A stretch of DNA of 64,000 nucleotides from a bacterium (GCA_021796415.1 JAJYJC010000001.1:18742-82741); one strand, 5' to 3'. Numbered from the stretch's first letter, positions 8,420 to 18,275 are shown. The notes: generated by a model from the sequence alone, not told the origin. Numbers and translations are program-made.

Positions 8420-9055
8420 TTATTTCTCCACCGTAATCTTTAAAATACGATCTAACTTTTTGCTGTTAAAAACTTCTGCGTACTGCATCAGTTTTTCTTT
8501 ATCGACAGCCTCACCCATGGAAAACCGGTTCAGCCTCAGCTCTTCTATATCTGCCTCGTCATGCAACTTGGCAAGATTCAAATACAAATAGTCTAAAAGC
8601 GCTTTTTCAGGTTCGGCCAAAAGATACATACCCTTGCCGTCATCTACTTTTTTGTATCCAAAAAACAAATCCTTTTTGAGATGACGATAGGCGAATAAGC
8701 CTATATCGTTTTTGAAAGTTCTAGTTGTCTTTGATGTGACAGATGTCACATTATAAACCATCTCGGGGATGATACCGTAGTGCGACAGAGCCCATTCAAG
8801 GCTGATATAGCTTGGTTGATAGATTGTAAAAGCAACGCTTTCATTACTAACTAAATCTTTTCTTGCAGTAAAAAGATATATGCCGTTTTTCAACTTGATC
8901 AACAACTCTTCATCCCTCCACAAAGACAGTTGATATGGGTAGACCCTAAGGCCTGTTTTTCTAATGTCTGCAAGAGAGAAGATTGGCTCTTTGATCTGTC
9001 GATTCATCTCGTTATATTTCATTTTATTATCACTTTCAATAATAAACTGAAACAA
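8420..9055 (-). CDS. AbiEi-like antitoxin / transcriptional regulator partner of AbiEii
   Basis: A ~210-aa protein immediately upstream of the AbiEii gene and end-to-end adjacent to it. This is the typical abiEi-abiEii architecture. Confidence 0.45.
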   Translation of the reverse strand: MFQFIIESDNKMKYNEMNRQIKEPIFSLADIRKTGLRVYPYQLSLWRDEELLIKLKNGIYLFTARKDLVSNESVAFTIYQPSYISLEWALSHYGIIPEMVYNVTSVTSKTTRTFKNDIGLFAYRHLKKDLFFGYKKVDDGKGMYLLAEPEKALLDYLYLNLAKLHDEADIEELRLNRFSMGEAVDKEKLMQYAEVFNSKKLDRILKITVEK

Positions 9056-9062
9056 TATTAAA

Positions 9063-9194
9063 TTAAAAGTTAGCTTGTGTCAAGAATTTTTTGCCTTCAA
9101 AACGGCAGGTGAGAACATTCAAAAAACTGCCGGCAGTAAGACCGAGAAAGAAAAGAAACAAAATCAAAAAGATCAGCATAAATATATTATACAT
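9063..9194 (-). pseudogene. Truncated duplicate of the pilD 5' end (43-codon fragment)
   Basis: The fragment MYNIFMLIFLILFLFFLGLTAGSFLNVLTCRF aligns with the PilD N-terminus LTLFFLAGLIIGSFLNALIYRL. The upstream hairpin ttgccaagggg...ccctttgccaa is also duplicated (7607-7640 versus 9226-9260). Confidence 0.5.
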
Positions 9195-9327
9195 TAAACC
9201 CGGGAGGACAATTTTTTTCATTCACCCATTTGCCAAGGGGCAGCCCTTTGCCAAGCTTGGCAAAAAATGACAAAAATAACATACACAAAATCAGCTTAAT
9301 GAGAGAGTTATCCCCTACATTCCTCTA

Positions 9328-9882
9328 TCACTCTTGATGGAAAATATCGCCAGCCGGAATAATACTAGTGTTAAAATTACATTTACATGTATCAGCAACA
9401 GTGCATACCCCTGTTGCTAAAAGTTTTGCCGCCGTTTCTTCCGTCACAACCCAAAGCCTATATTCGTTCGGTACCGAATACATATGCACATAACAAATAG
9501 TTCCACCGTTTTGAGCCTGGTTTGTAGGAGGGTGAGACGGATCTGGTAAATATTTATTTAGAGATTCACCGTTTTGTAACATGACATAAGCCTGCCTATC
9601 ATTGTTACTACCGGAAACCCCTTGATCAACACCAGGCGGCATACTCTGATTATCACCATAATATTTTTCTATATAAGTTTCTATACTTTTAGCGTCGTTT
9701 CTAAGCTGCGTATCTCTTGCTTGCTGCCTGGCAATAGCAATGGCCCCAATTATCAACGCGGCCAAAACAGCAATAATGGCCATTACTACAACCAATTCAA
9801 TAAGTGTAAAACCTTTTTTTGTACGAAGATTGACTCGCTTTTTAATATTTCCCATAACAACCACGGCGAGTAGCCTCGCCAT
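9328..9882 (-). CDS. Type IV pilin (major pilin-like, PilA family)
   Basis: Contains KKGFTLIELVVVMAIIAVLAALIIGAIAIARQQ, a canonical type IVa pilin N-terminus. There are C-terminal Cys residues. An alternative start lies at 9855. Confidence 0.7.
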   Translation of the reverse strand: MARLLAVVVMGNIKKRVNLRTKKGFTLIELVVVMAIIAVLAALIIGAIAIARQQARDTQLRNDAKSIETYIEKYYGDNQSMPPGVDQGVSGSNNDRQAYVMLQNGESLNKYLPDPSHPPTNQAQNGGTICYVHMYSVPNEYRLWVVTEETAAKLLATGVCTVADTCKCNFNTSIIPAGDIFHQE

Positions 9883-9947
9883 GGCTAGTTATAATGGACA
9901 TCAAAAACCTTCAAGTGAAGAATTTTTGGTAGAAACTGGCACCATCA

Positions 9948-10385
9948 TTAAGGACCCGATATAGTGCCGATGTTATAACCACCTTGACCGTTTGTATTGC
10001 AGTTCCACGGTGCGATTGTAATTGTGTAATTGTGGTTAGTGGAACTACTTACTATATTACCTCCACCACTATTGTCTTGGGTACCACCCCCGTTTCCTGT
10101 ACACGCGCTAGTCGAGAGGTTTGTTGCTGCTATGTTTAGAGTGGTGTCGGTGGTGTTGTCGCTAATCGCCGTACCTAATATGTCAGGATAATTCTTGTTA
10201 GAAGCATAATAAGCCTCCAAAGCAGTTTGAACGGTCCTAGCATTGGACCTGTTGGCAGTTTCAGTAGCTGTGTGTCTGGCGATTGTAATAGCTCCGATGA
10301 TAAGAACCGCTAGAATAGCGATAATTGCCATAACGACAACTAACTCAATAAGGGTAAAACCTTGTTTTTCTTTTAGCTTTCTCAT
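9948..10385 (-). CDS. Type IV pilin (PilA family)
   Basis: Contains KQGFTLIELVVVMAIIAILAVLIIGAITIARH...TALEAYY. Confidence 0.75.
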   Translation of the reverse strand: MRKLKEKQGFTLIELVVVMAIIAILAVLIIGAITIARHTATETANRSNARTVQTALEAYYASNKNYPDILGTAISDNTTDTTLNIAATNLSTSACTGNGGGTQDNSGGGNIVSSSTNHNYTITIAPWNCNTNGQGGYNIGTISGP

Positions 10386-10449
10386 ATTTCACCTCCTTTC
10401 TAATTTTCTTTTTATGTTGATATTTAACCAATATCCTTAAGGTGTGTCA

Positions 10450-10475
10450 ATGATATTCTGTCAGCAGAATATCAT
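10450..10475. promoter_or_regulatory. 11-bp perfect inverted repeat (candidate operator) in the pilin upstream region
   Basis: atgatattctg-tcag-cagaatatcat. It lies about 65 nt upstream of the pilin start and has no T-tract on either side. Confidence 0.3.
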
Positions 10476-10615
10476 CAAATTCTAATCTCTAAATGCTAAA
10501 TGCTAAACAAATCATAAATTTTTAAATTCAAATTATTTAAACACTAATTCGGGATTTATCAAGTATTGCGCCAAGTATTTTCATTGCAACTCATTTTCAA
10601 AAATCATTATCCCCT

Positions 10616-11019
10616 GTCATTCCCGCGCAGGCGGGAATCCAGTCAGTCAATGTTATCATATAAATCTTTCCATTTGGGATTAAAATCTTCTATAAGTTTC
10701 ATCTTCCATTGTCTGTTCCACTTCTTGATTTGTTTTTCTCTTTTGATAGCCTCTTCAATGCTATTTGTTTCTTTAAAGTAAACAAGATTGTGGCATTTGT
10801 ATTTTTTGGTAAAGCCTTCGATTAAATCATTTTTATGTTCATATGCTCTTTTCTTTAAATCTTTGGTAACTCCCGTGTAGAGCGTTCCGTTTCTGTCGCT
10901 GGCCATGATGTAGACATAGTAGGATTTCATTAATAATTATTTTAACTCAACTTTATACTTTATTTAAGCCTCACGGTTCTTGCTTAGCTTGACTGCATTC
11001 CCGCCTGCGCGGGAATGAC
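10616..11019 (-). mobile_element. GIY-YIG nuclease gene flanked by inverted hairpin repeats (copy 2, identical to copy 1)
   Basis: Identical to 6237-6640 except for one mismatch in the right hairpin (gcattc versus ggattc). The flanking sequences differ. Confidence 0.7.
10643..10930 (-). CDS. Stand-alone GIY-YIG nuclease, copy 2
   Basis: The protein is 100% identical to copy 1. Confidence 0.85.
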   Translation of the reverse strand: MKSYYVYIMASDRNGTLYTGVTKDLKKRAYEHKNDLIEGFTKKYKCHNLVYFKETNSIEEAIKREKQIKKWNRQWKMKLIEDFNPKWKDLYDNID

Positions 11020-11133
11020 AGAGAGAGGCAGTTCTTCTTTTTGGATCATATGCCTTTTTGTTTATAATTTCTGTCATTTGATATTGTTTAGTGTTTCGGA
11101 TTTCGTGCTTCGGATTTCGAATTTATTAAAGTA

Positions 11134-12342
11134 CTAGTGTTGCATGAAGATGCCGACATTGTAGATGGGCATGATGATGGAGATAATTATGCTGCCGACA
11201 ATTAGACCCATAACCACTATCATGATAGGCTCAAGCAGCGACTGAAAGCTTTTGACCCAGTTGTCTATCTCGTCGTTATAGTAGTCCGCCAAGTTTGAAA
11301 GCATAGAGTCAATCTCACCGGTGTTTTCGCCGACGCCGATCATCTGCGACACCATGACGGGAAATATGGGATTTTCCTTGATAGCTTGCGACAAACTGCC
11401 CCCTTGTTTTACCTTGCCCCTGGTTTCTCTAATGGCATTTTCATAATGGATGTTTGGCATGGTATCCCCGACGATTTTTAATGCTTCAAGAATGGGCACT
11501 CCGGAGGATATAAGGCTCGACATAGTGCGCGAAAACATCGCCATATAGGACATTTGCAGGAAGTTGCCGAGCAATGGTATGCGGAGCTTCAAGCTGTGCC
11601 AGATGTATCTGCCCGAGTCAGTTTTCACATACATTCTAAGGGCAAAGAAAATAGCCACAACCATCAAAATGACCAGATAATAATAGTGGGCCATCACATT
11701 GCTAAAACCCATAAGTATTTGGGTGGGCAAGGGGAGCTGAGCGTTGCCGAAGCTTGAGTAGAGTGTCTGCATCTGAGGCAAAACGAATATCATCATGAGG
11801 GCGACCACACCGATAACGACACAGAGGAGGAATGACGGATATATAAAGACGGTTTTAATCTTTTTGGCTGTTTTATAGCTTTTTTCAGCTTGGGATGCCA
11901 TATATTCTAAAACCTCATCAATTTTACCGCTTGCCTCGCCGGCCGCAATCATAGAAAGATCAGTTTTGGTAAAGACATCCGGAAATCTCGAAAATGTTGT
12001 TGCCAAGCTATCACCGGCCTCCACATCGCGGATCATTTGCTCTACCATTTTTTTAATCTGATCAGAATGAGTCTGTTCAAGCAATGTGGATAGTGATTGA
12101 GATATTGGAAGGCCGGCATTTGCCATGGTTGCCAGCTGTCGAATAAAGAAAACTTTGTCTTTGACCTTCACCTTATTTAAAAAAGGAATAGCAAATTTTT
12201 CGTGTTTTTCTTCCTTGATTCTGACGGGATATAGCTTCTTGGCAGTAAGCAAAGTTGAAGCTGAACTTTCGGTTTCCGCCTCAACAGTTCCCGTTACCAG
12301 CTCGCCTTGATTATTTCTGGCTTTATATGTAAATTCGCGCAT
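11134..12342 (-). CDS. pilC: Type IV pilus assembly platform protein PilC (GspF family)
   Basis: Two T2SSF-type repeats within a polytopic membrane topology. The ORF's N-terminal extension (IPDQVRNDKKG) is encoded by a hairpin repeat, so the likely start is the ATG at 12342. Confidence 0.85.
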   Translation of the reverse strand: MREFTYKARNNQGELVTGTVEAETESSASTLLTAKKLYPVRIKEEKHEKFAIPFLNKVKVKDKVFFIRQLATMANAGLPISQSLSTLLEQTHSDQIKKMVEQMIRDVEAGDSLATTFSRFPDVFTKTDLSMIAAGEASGKIDEVLEYMASQAEKSYKTAKKIKTVFIYPSFLLCVVIGVVALMMIFVLPQMQTLYSSFGNAQLPLPTQILMGFSNVMAHYYYLVILMVVAIFFALRMYVKTDSGRYIWHSLKLRIPLLGNFLQMSYMAMFSRTMSSLISSGVPILEALKIVGDTMPNIHYENAIRETRGKVKQGGSLSQAIKENPIFPVMVSQMIGVGENTGEIDSMLSNLADYYNDEIDNWVKSFQSLLEPIMIVVMGLIVGSIIISIIMPIYNVGIFMQH

Positions 12343-12354
12343 GATTCCTTTTTT

Positions 12355-12440
12355 GTCATTCCGGACTTGATCCGGAATCAAGTTTTATTTATATGGATCC
12401 TGAATCCCCGCCTGCCGGACGGGCAGGAAGTTCAGGATAA
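12355..12440. repeat. Composite hairpin repeat (two units) at the pilC 5' end
   Basis: gtcattccggacttgatccggaatc followed by ggatcctgaatccccgcctgccggacgggcaggaagttcagga. The same two-unit architecture occurs at 52683-52770 and 38107-38153. Confidence 0.7.
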
Positions 12441-12452
12441 CAATGGAAAAAA

Positions 12453-13529
12453 TTACCCGTGAAGCAATCTTTCAAGCTCCTTCTGGTCGATTGCATAACC
12501 CTTGGCTTCATCAAGGGTAATTCTGCCTGTCTTTATCAAGTTCGCAAGCGTTCTGTCCATAGCCTGCATGCCTTCTGAGGCACCGGTTTGTATTACCGCC
12601 TCGAGCTGATGTGTTTTTTGCTCGCGAATAATGTTTCGTACCGCGGGAGTCACTACTAAAATCTCAGCGGCAGCTACTCTTCCGCCACCAATGGAAGGTA
12701 TAAGCCTTTGGGAAACGATTCCCTGCAAGATATTTGAAAGCTGTACCCTTATCTGCTGCTGCTGATGCGGCGGAAAAACATCAATAATTCTGTCAACTGA
12801 TTGGGCGGCGTTGTTGGTATGCAAAGTAGCAAAAACCAAATGTCCGGTTTCAGCTATGGTAATGGCGGCTGCAATAGTCTCGAGATCGCGCATTTCACCG
12901 ATCAGAACGACATCAGGGTCTTCCCTCAAAACACTGCGAAGGGCGGCTGCAAATGATCTGGTATCATAGTGCACCTCGCGCTGCTCGATTATTGATTTAT
13001 TATGATTATGCGTGTATTCAATCGGGTCTTCAACGGTAATGATGTGGCAGGCTCTTTCTTTATTAATCTTATCAACCATTGCCGCCAGCGTTGTGGACTT
13101 GCCTGATCCGGTCGGCCCGGTTACAAGTACTAAACCTCTCGGATATTCCGTGAACTTTTCAAGGACTTTAGGCATACCCAGTTGCGCCAAACTTCGGATA
13201 TTTACCGGGATAAGCCGGAGAGCTAAACCGACATTGCCTTTTTGGTGGTAAGCATTCGCTCTAAACCTTGCTAAGTCACCATAAGTAAAGGAAAAGTCAA
13301 CCTCTTTGTCACGCTCCAAAATATCTTTTTGGACATCATCTAAGATTGAATATGTGAGAGCCTGTACATCGGTATCTGTTAGACCACTCACCCCGGCTAT
13401 AGGCCTTAACGCACCGTCAATTCGAAGCATGGGAGGCACGCCAACCGTCAGATGAAGATCGCTTGCATCATGCTTAATGACTTCTTCAAGAAAATTCTCA
13501 ATTTTTAATTTTGTGGTCTGCTCAGGCAC
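12453..13529 (-). CDS. pilT: Twitching-motility ATPase PilT
   Basis: Contains LVLVTGPTGSGKSTTLAAMVDKIN (Walker A), HIITVEDPIEY and an Asp box. Confidence 0.85.
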   Translation of the reverse strand: MPEQTTKLKIENFLEEVIKHDASDLHLTVGVPPMLRIDGALRPIAGVSGLTDTDVQALTYSILDDVQKDILERDKEVDFSFTYGDLARFRANAYHQKGNVGLALRLIPVNIRSLAQLGMPKVLEKFTEYPRGLVLVTGPTGSGKSTTLAAMVDKINKERACHIITVEDPIEYTHNHNKSIIEQREVHYDTRSFAAALRSVLREDPDVVLIGEMRDLETIAAAITIAETGHLVFATLHTNNAAQSVDRIIDVFPPHQQQQIRVQLSNILQGIVSQRLIPSIGGGRVAAAEILVVTPAVRNIIREQKTHQLEAVIQTGASEGMQAMDRTLANLIKTGRITLDEAKGYAIDQKELERLLHG

Positions 13530-13585
13530 GCACCCTCCTATTTATTAATATTCTAATGTTTTTTTAAAAATTTGCAAAGGCATAA

Positions 13586-15367
13586 TCATTCCTCAGAAGT
13601 GGTTCTTACAACTTCCTCGACGGTAGTGATACCGGCCAGCGCCTTTAAAAAGCCGTCTTGCTGCATGGTAACCATACCTTCTTTTACTGCCTGATCTTGG
13701 ATATCACTAGCTGAAGACTGGGACGTTATCAGATCCTCTATCGTTGGGCTGACATTAAATATCTCGTATACCCCAATTCTTCCCCAAAACCCTGTATTCT
13801 TGCAGGATTCACAGCCTTTCCCTTTGTAAAGCTTAAAGGTTTCATCTTCGACAAAAGGCAATTTATCAAAACCAAGCTCCGTGGTCTTTTCCTTGGGATC
13901 ATTCTTTGAGGGCAGAACCCCTTTCAATGAAGCTTTAATGGCTTTGGTCAGTGCGAGAGTTGCCCTGTATTCTACCTTGCAGTTTTCACAAATTCTTCTC
14001 ACCAGCCTTTGCGCCACTATTGTATTAACCGTAGATGCGATAAGAAACGGCTCAATGTCCATGTCAATCAATCGCGGCAAAGCGCTTGCGGCTGAGTTTG
14101 TATGCAATGTGGAAAGGACAGTATGGCCGGTCAAAGCTGACTGAACGGCAAGATCAGCCGTCTCTTTGTCGCGAATCTCTCCAACCATTATGACGTCCGG
14201 GTCCTGGCGGAGCATTGACCGAAGACCTGATGCAAATGTAAGCCCGACGCCATTATTTACCTGGATCTGGTTTATGCCCGGCACATTATATTCAACAGGG
14301 TCTTCGATGGTTATAATGTTGACACTCGGAGTATTTAGCTTGGACAAAATAGCGTAAAGTGATGTTGATTTACCCGAACCAGTCGGTCCAGTCGACAGAG
14401 TCATGCCATGAGGTTTCTTGAAGCTTTCCTCAATAATCCTGTAAGCTCTTCCCTTGATGCCTAAGTTTTCTAAGGTAATCATACCGTTTGTCTTATCAAG
14501 AAGCCTGATGACTACCTTCTCTCCATATACTATTGGCGTAATCGAAATACGAAGGTCAATTTCGCGGCCTTCCATATTTAGCTGAAATCTGCCATCCTGA
14601 GGTACCCGATGTTCGTCAATTTTCAGATTAGATAGAATCTTAATTCTGGAAACTAAGGCCGGATGAATATGTTTCGGGAGGGCCATGGTGTTATAAAGCA
14701 AGCCATCAATCCTATAACGAACTTTGATATCCTTGTCTCTCGGTTCAATGTGGATGTCCGAAGCACGAGACTTAGCAGCATATTCCAAAATTGTATTTAA
14801 TGCCCTCGTAATAGGCGCGTCTTGCGTAATCGTTGCGGCATTATTCTCTTTTTCTTTTTTCTTCTCATTTTCCTGCAGGCTGGACTCCGGCTGTTTCTGT
14901 ATATCACCTATAACCGTTTCGACCTCAAATGAATAATCGTCATACTGCCCCAACAGTTTTGAGATGCTTTCTGCTGAAGCTAAATATGGCTTTACTTTTA
15001 GTCCCGTCTTTTTTTCTATAAACTCAATAGACTGAATGTCATTTGGGTTTAACATTGCTACATTTAAAAATTCCCCAACTTTTCCAAAAGGTATAATCTT
15101 GTATTTTTCAGCGACTTTTTTAGAAATAATATCAAGGATCTGTTTGTCAATCCTTTTTGCCTTTAAATCCACATAAGGAAGACCGGAACTGACCGCTACT
15201 ACTTTGGTTAGCTCTTCATTAGATATTCCAGGCATATCACGCAAAATATTCTCGACAGATTTTCCGGTTTCTGCACTCTGTACTTTAATGAGATCAAGCT
15301 GTTTTTGGCTTATGAGACCGAGCTTAACCAGAAGATCTACCAGCTTTTTTTCATCTCTGACAGCCAT
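13586..15367 (-). CDS. pilB: Type IV pilus assembly ATPase PilB (GspE family)
   Basis: Has an N-terminal T2SE_N domain and LSTGPTGSGKSTSLYAIL, plus a C-terminal zinc-binding CxxC pair. Confidence 0.85.
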   Translation of the reverse strand: MAVRDEKKLVDLLVKLGLISQKQLDLIKVQSAETGKSVENILRDMPGISNEELTKVVAVSSGLPYVDLKAKRIDKQILDIISKKVAEKYKIIPFGKVGEFLNVAMLNPNDIQSIEFIEKKTGLKVKPYLASAESISKLLGQYDDYSFEVETVIGDIQKQPESSLQENEKKKEKENNAATITQDAPITRALNTILEYAAKSRASDIHIEPRDKDIKVRYRIDGLLYNTMALPKHIHPALVSRIKILSNLKIDEHRVPQDGRFQLNMEGREIDLRISITPIVYGEKVVIRLLDKTNGMITLENLGIKGRAYRIIEESFKKPHGMTLSTGPTGSGKSTSLYAILSKLNTPSVNIITIEDPVEYNVPGINQIQVNNGVGLTFASGLRSMLRQDPDVIMVGEIRDKETADLAVQSALTGHTVLSTLHTNSAASALPRLIDMDIEPFLIASTVNTIVAQRLVRRICENCKVEYRATLALTKAIKASLKGVLPSKNDPKEKTTELGFDKLPFVEDETFKLYKGKGCESCKNTGFWGRIGVYEIFNVSPTIEDLITSQSSASDIQDQAVKEGMVTMQQDGFLKALAGITTVEEVVRTTSEE

Positions 15368-15369
15368 GA

Positions 15370-15615
15370 TTAAAATCCAGCAAAGGGGTTATCCCTGCCT
15401 ATACCATCCATGGGCACACTTCCATAATCCTTTCTTTCCTGCAGCTTTTGGATAGCAGTATTATCAATATTGGAGTTAAACTCTGTAGTTTGGGTGGTGC
15501 TGCCGGCAGTTTTTACTTGTCCGCCATTACCGCCAACCCCCCCCATAATGAAATAAATACATGCCGCAATAACAATAATACAAACAGCTAGCACTATGAT
15601 GTCCTTTTTCTTCAT
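15370..15615 (-). CDS. Small membrane protein within the pilus operon (function unknown)
   Basis: One N-terminal TM helix. Its coding sequence is end-to-end with pilB and pilO. Confidence 0.3.
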   Translation of the reverse strand: MKKKDIIVLAVCIIVIAACIYFIMGGVGGNGGQVKTAGSTTQTTEFNSNIDNTAIQKLQERKDYGSVPMDGIGRDNPFAGF

Positions 15616-16268
15616 TGCTTAGATCCTCCTGTTTGCCCGGATTGTCTGTAATACGCTTTGTAGTTCAAGCTAACTTTAAAGCTGTCCCCTTGTGATGTAT
15701 CCACTTGGAAGCTATTTAAATAAACAAATCTGTGGGCATTTTCGGAAATTGACAGGAAATTTTTAAAGTCATTATAACTCGGGAATGTCACATCATAACT
15801 ATAATCAGAAGATGTAAGATTGATTCCGGAAGATCCGGTTGCTGACTCTCCGGAGACGGCTGCTGAAGATTGAGCTCCAGAAGCAGTTGTTGCAGCGGGC
15901 GCAGAGCTAGCGCTTGAGTTTGCTGAGGCTTCCTTGATCCCGGTAGTGCTTCCGTTGGCCGCAGCTATCATTCCGTCAATTTGCACAAATAAACCGCCGA
16001 CATCTTTCTGGTCCGGGATGGCACCATTTACCACGTTTTCCTGGTCTTTTAAGTCTGATTCTTTATCTTTTAAGACCCTGAGTTTGTCTAGTTTGTCCTT
16101 CAAAAGTGAGAGTTCTTGTTTGTTTGTCTTTAAATCCTGCCCGCTTTTCCCGATACCCTTAAAAAGAGGGACCATAATAAATAATATTAAGATAAACATT
16201 GCAATAAGCGTTATGACAACCACGCCCAACGTCCAATAATATTTTTCAAATTTTTTGTTTCCTACCAT
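15612..16268 (-). CDS. pilO: PilO-like pilus biogenesis protein
   Basis: An N-terminal TM helix followed by a coiled coil. Located between pilN and pilB. Confidence 0.55.
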   Translation of the reverse strand: MVGNKKFEKYYWTLGVVVITLIAMFILILFIMVPLFKGIGKSGQDLKTNKQELSLLKDKLDKLRVLKDKESDLKDQENVVNGAIPDQKDVGGLFVQIDGMIAAANGSTTGIKEASANSSASSAPAATTASGAQSSAAVSGESATGSSGINLTSSDYSYDVTFPSYNDFKNFLSISENAHRFVYLNSFQVDTSQGDSFKVSLNYKAYYRQSGQTGGSKQ

Positions 16269-16837
16269 AAGACACCTTGCTTAAGATCAAAGGAAATGTC
16301 GAACTTTACATTTCCATTTGTACCTTGGTCATATCCGGTAACAACAACGTTATTAAAAAGTTTTTGATTCTGATTATTCCCGCTTTGCTGATAATTATAA
16401 TCATCTAAAGCTTTGATTGCCCTGGCAATAGAAACTACATTCTTGCCAACTGCACTGGCTTTGAATGTATTGCCATTTTGCGAAAACTGCGTATATTGAA
16501 TGTCGTTTGGCGTCACCTTTTCAAGCTGGGGCAAGAAAAGCGACCATTTAGGTTCTTGTGCCTGAACCTGATTGATAGCCGCGAGTCCCTGGTTGATATC
16601 ATCCACAATTCTCTCAATATCGGCGTAATTTTTCAGCTCATCATTTGTGCTCGCAATATCCTGTTTAGTCCTTGATAAATTATAATCTAAAGCCCACTTG
16701 TAGCCTTGCAATACTAGCAAGGCAAGGATTGTGATTGCTAAAATAGCCATAGCCGCAATAGTAACAAAAAAGTTTCGGCGCTTAGTTTTGATCTTTTCTT
16801 GTTTTACATCGGGCATTAGATTTATTTTTGACATCAT
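16262..16837 (-). CDS. pilN: PilN-like fimbrial assembly protein
   Basis: Starts with the KINLMPD (INLLP-type) motif followed by a TM helix. Confidence 0.6.
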   Translation of the reverse strand: MMSKINLMPDVKQEKIKTKRRNFFVTIAAMAILAITILALLVLQGYKWALDYNLSRTKQDIASTNDELKNYADIERIVDDINQGLAAINQVQAQEPKWSLFLPQLEKVTPNDIQYTQFSQNGNTFKASAVGKNVVSIARAIKALDDYNYQQSGNNQNQKLFNNVVVTGYDQGTNGNVKFDISFDLKQGVLW

Positions 16838-17874
16838 AGCCCCCTCATGGCCAGCCCGACAGCCACTGCATAATCGGCGGCATTTTGGTTTAGCTGATTT
16901 GTGATATCCGGCTTATGAACCACTGAAGCCCAGGGATTACCGTAAACAACATTTATTCCCAGATTGTCCGACAGAAAATCTTGCATACCCAAGAGCTTAG
17001 AGCAGCCGCCAGTCATTTTAAGCAAGGTTATATTTTGGCTGTATTGATCCTGATAATATTTAGTTGAGCGTTCTATCTCTTCGGTGAGATTATTTAAAAT
17101 AGACCTAGCTGCCTTAAATATTTTCCCTTCCATCTTGTCTTTATCAATGCCAAACTTGGTTTTGAACTGTTCTGCTTGAGTAGTTTCCATACCAAGATTT
17201 TGCGCTATCGCCCTGGTTATCACTTGCCCTCCCACGGGAACAGTTCTCGTAAGAGTCAAGACACCATTTTGCACCACGCTTAGCTCTGTCATAAAGGTGC
17301 CGATATCAACTATCATATAGAGCGGTTCATTGGTATGCAATGCCCTGGCGACGGCTATTGCATTTATTTCGATCGCATCAAGGTCTAAACCGGCCTCCTC
17401 TACCACATTAGCCATTTTCTGGGTTTTTTGGATAGGGGCAGCAATAATCATAACGGATATTTCCCCTGTATCCGGAGATTGTCCGATTACCTGCCAATCA
17501 ATCTTTATCTCTGAAATTTTCAGGGGAACATTTTGTTCCGCTTGATAGCTGATGGCCTTTTTCACTTCAGCCATTGGCATTTTGGGTATTTTAACCACTG
17601 TAGTAAATATAGATCCGCCGGGCAACGAGACTATGACATTTTTTGTCACTAAATGCATTGAATGCACTAATTCCTTTACTATTCCGCCCAGCCTCTTCAC
17701 ATCAACGGCGCTGTCACTCTGGGCTAATCCTTCAGGAATTGGAGCACTGCCAAAGGATATCAGCTCAAACTTACCGAAAGATTTTTTCAGCTGAACGATT
17801 TTTACCGCGCTTGTTCCTATATCAATCCCAAAATAGTTGGTATTTTCTTTTAAAATATTGAGGCCAGGTAACAT
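16834..17874 (-). CDS. pilM: Type IV pilus assembly protein PilM (actin-like ATPase fold)
   Basis: Contains FGIDIGTSAVKIVQL. It is the first gene of the pilMNO-B-T-C operon. Confidence 0.8.
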   Translation of the reverse strand: MLPGLNILKENTNYFGIDIGTSAVKIVQLKKSFGKFELISFGSAPIPEGLAQSDSAVDVKRLGGIVKELVHSMHLVTKNVIVSLPGGSIFTTVVKIPKMPMAEVKKAISYQAEQNVPLKISEIKIDWQVIGQSPDTGEISVMIIAAPIQKTQKMANVVEEAGLDLDAIEINAIAVARALHTNEPLYMIVDIGTFMTELSVVQNGVLTLTRTVPVGGQVITRAIAQNLGMETTQAEQFKTKFGIDKDKMEGKIFKAARSILNNLTEEIERSTKYYQDQYSQNITLLKMTGGCSKLLGMQDFLSDNLGINVVYGNPWASVVHKPDITNQLNQNAADYAVAVGLAMRGL

Positions 17875-18057
17875 TTACCCTCCAAAAGTAATAAGTTGTT
17901 ATCCTTGTAAACCATTAAACAGCAAAAGAGGAATAAGAGTCAAGGAGAAATTCGCTAATCGCTCATAATTTCCAATTCCCAATTTCTAATTTCCAATCAA
18001 AAGCCCAATGATTAAATGCCAAAATAAGAAATCGTACAAGACCACCTTACAAGATAT

Positions 18058-18137
18058 GTCATTCTGGCTTGTCCAGAATCAATTTTTAAGATTTAAGGAA
18101 AAGGATTCCGGCCTCCTAGATGTCGCCAGAATGACGA
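18058..18137. repeat. Composite hairpin repeat (two units)
   Basis: gtcattctggcttgtccagaatc followed by ggattccggcctcctagatgtcgccagaatgac. Confidence 0.7.
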
Positions 18138-18275
18138 GTTTAGATACTTTTTCAACGGTCTCGAATTTTGAGTGGTAGAATATGGAATTTATCTTGACGA
18201 TCTGCCAACTCGCCGAATTCAATATTCCAAATTCTCATTCTATTATTCAACTATTCTAGATTCAAAATTATAATT

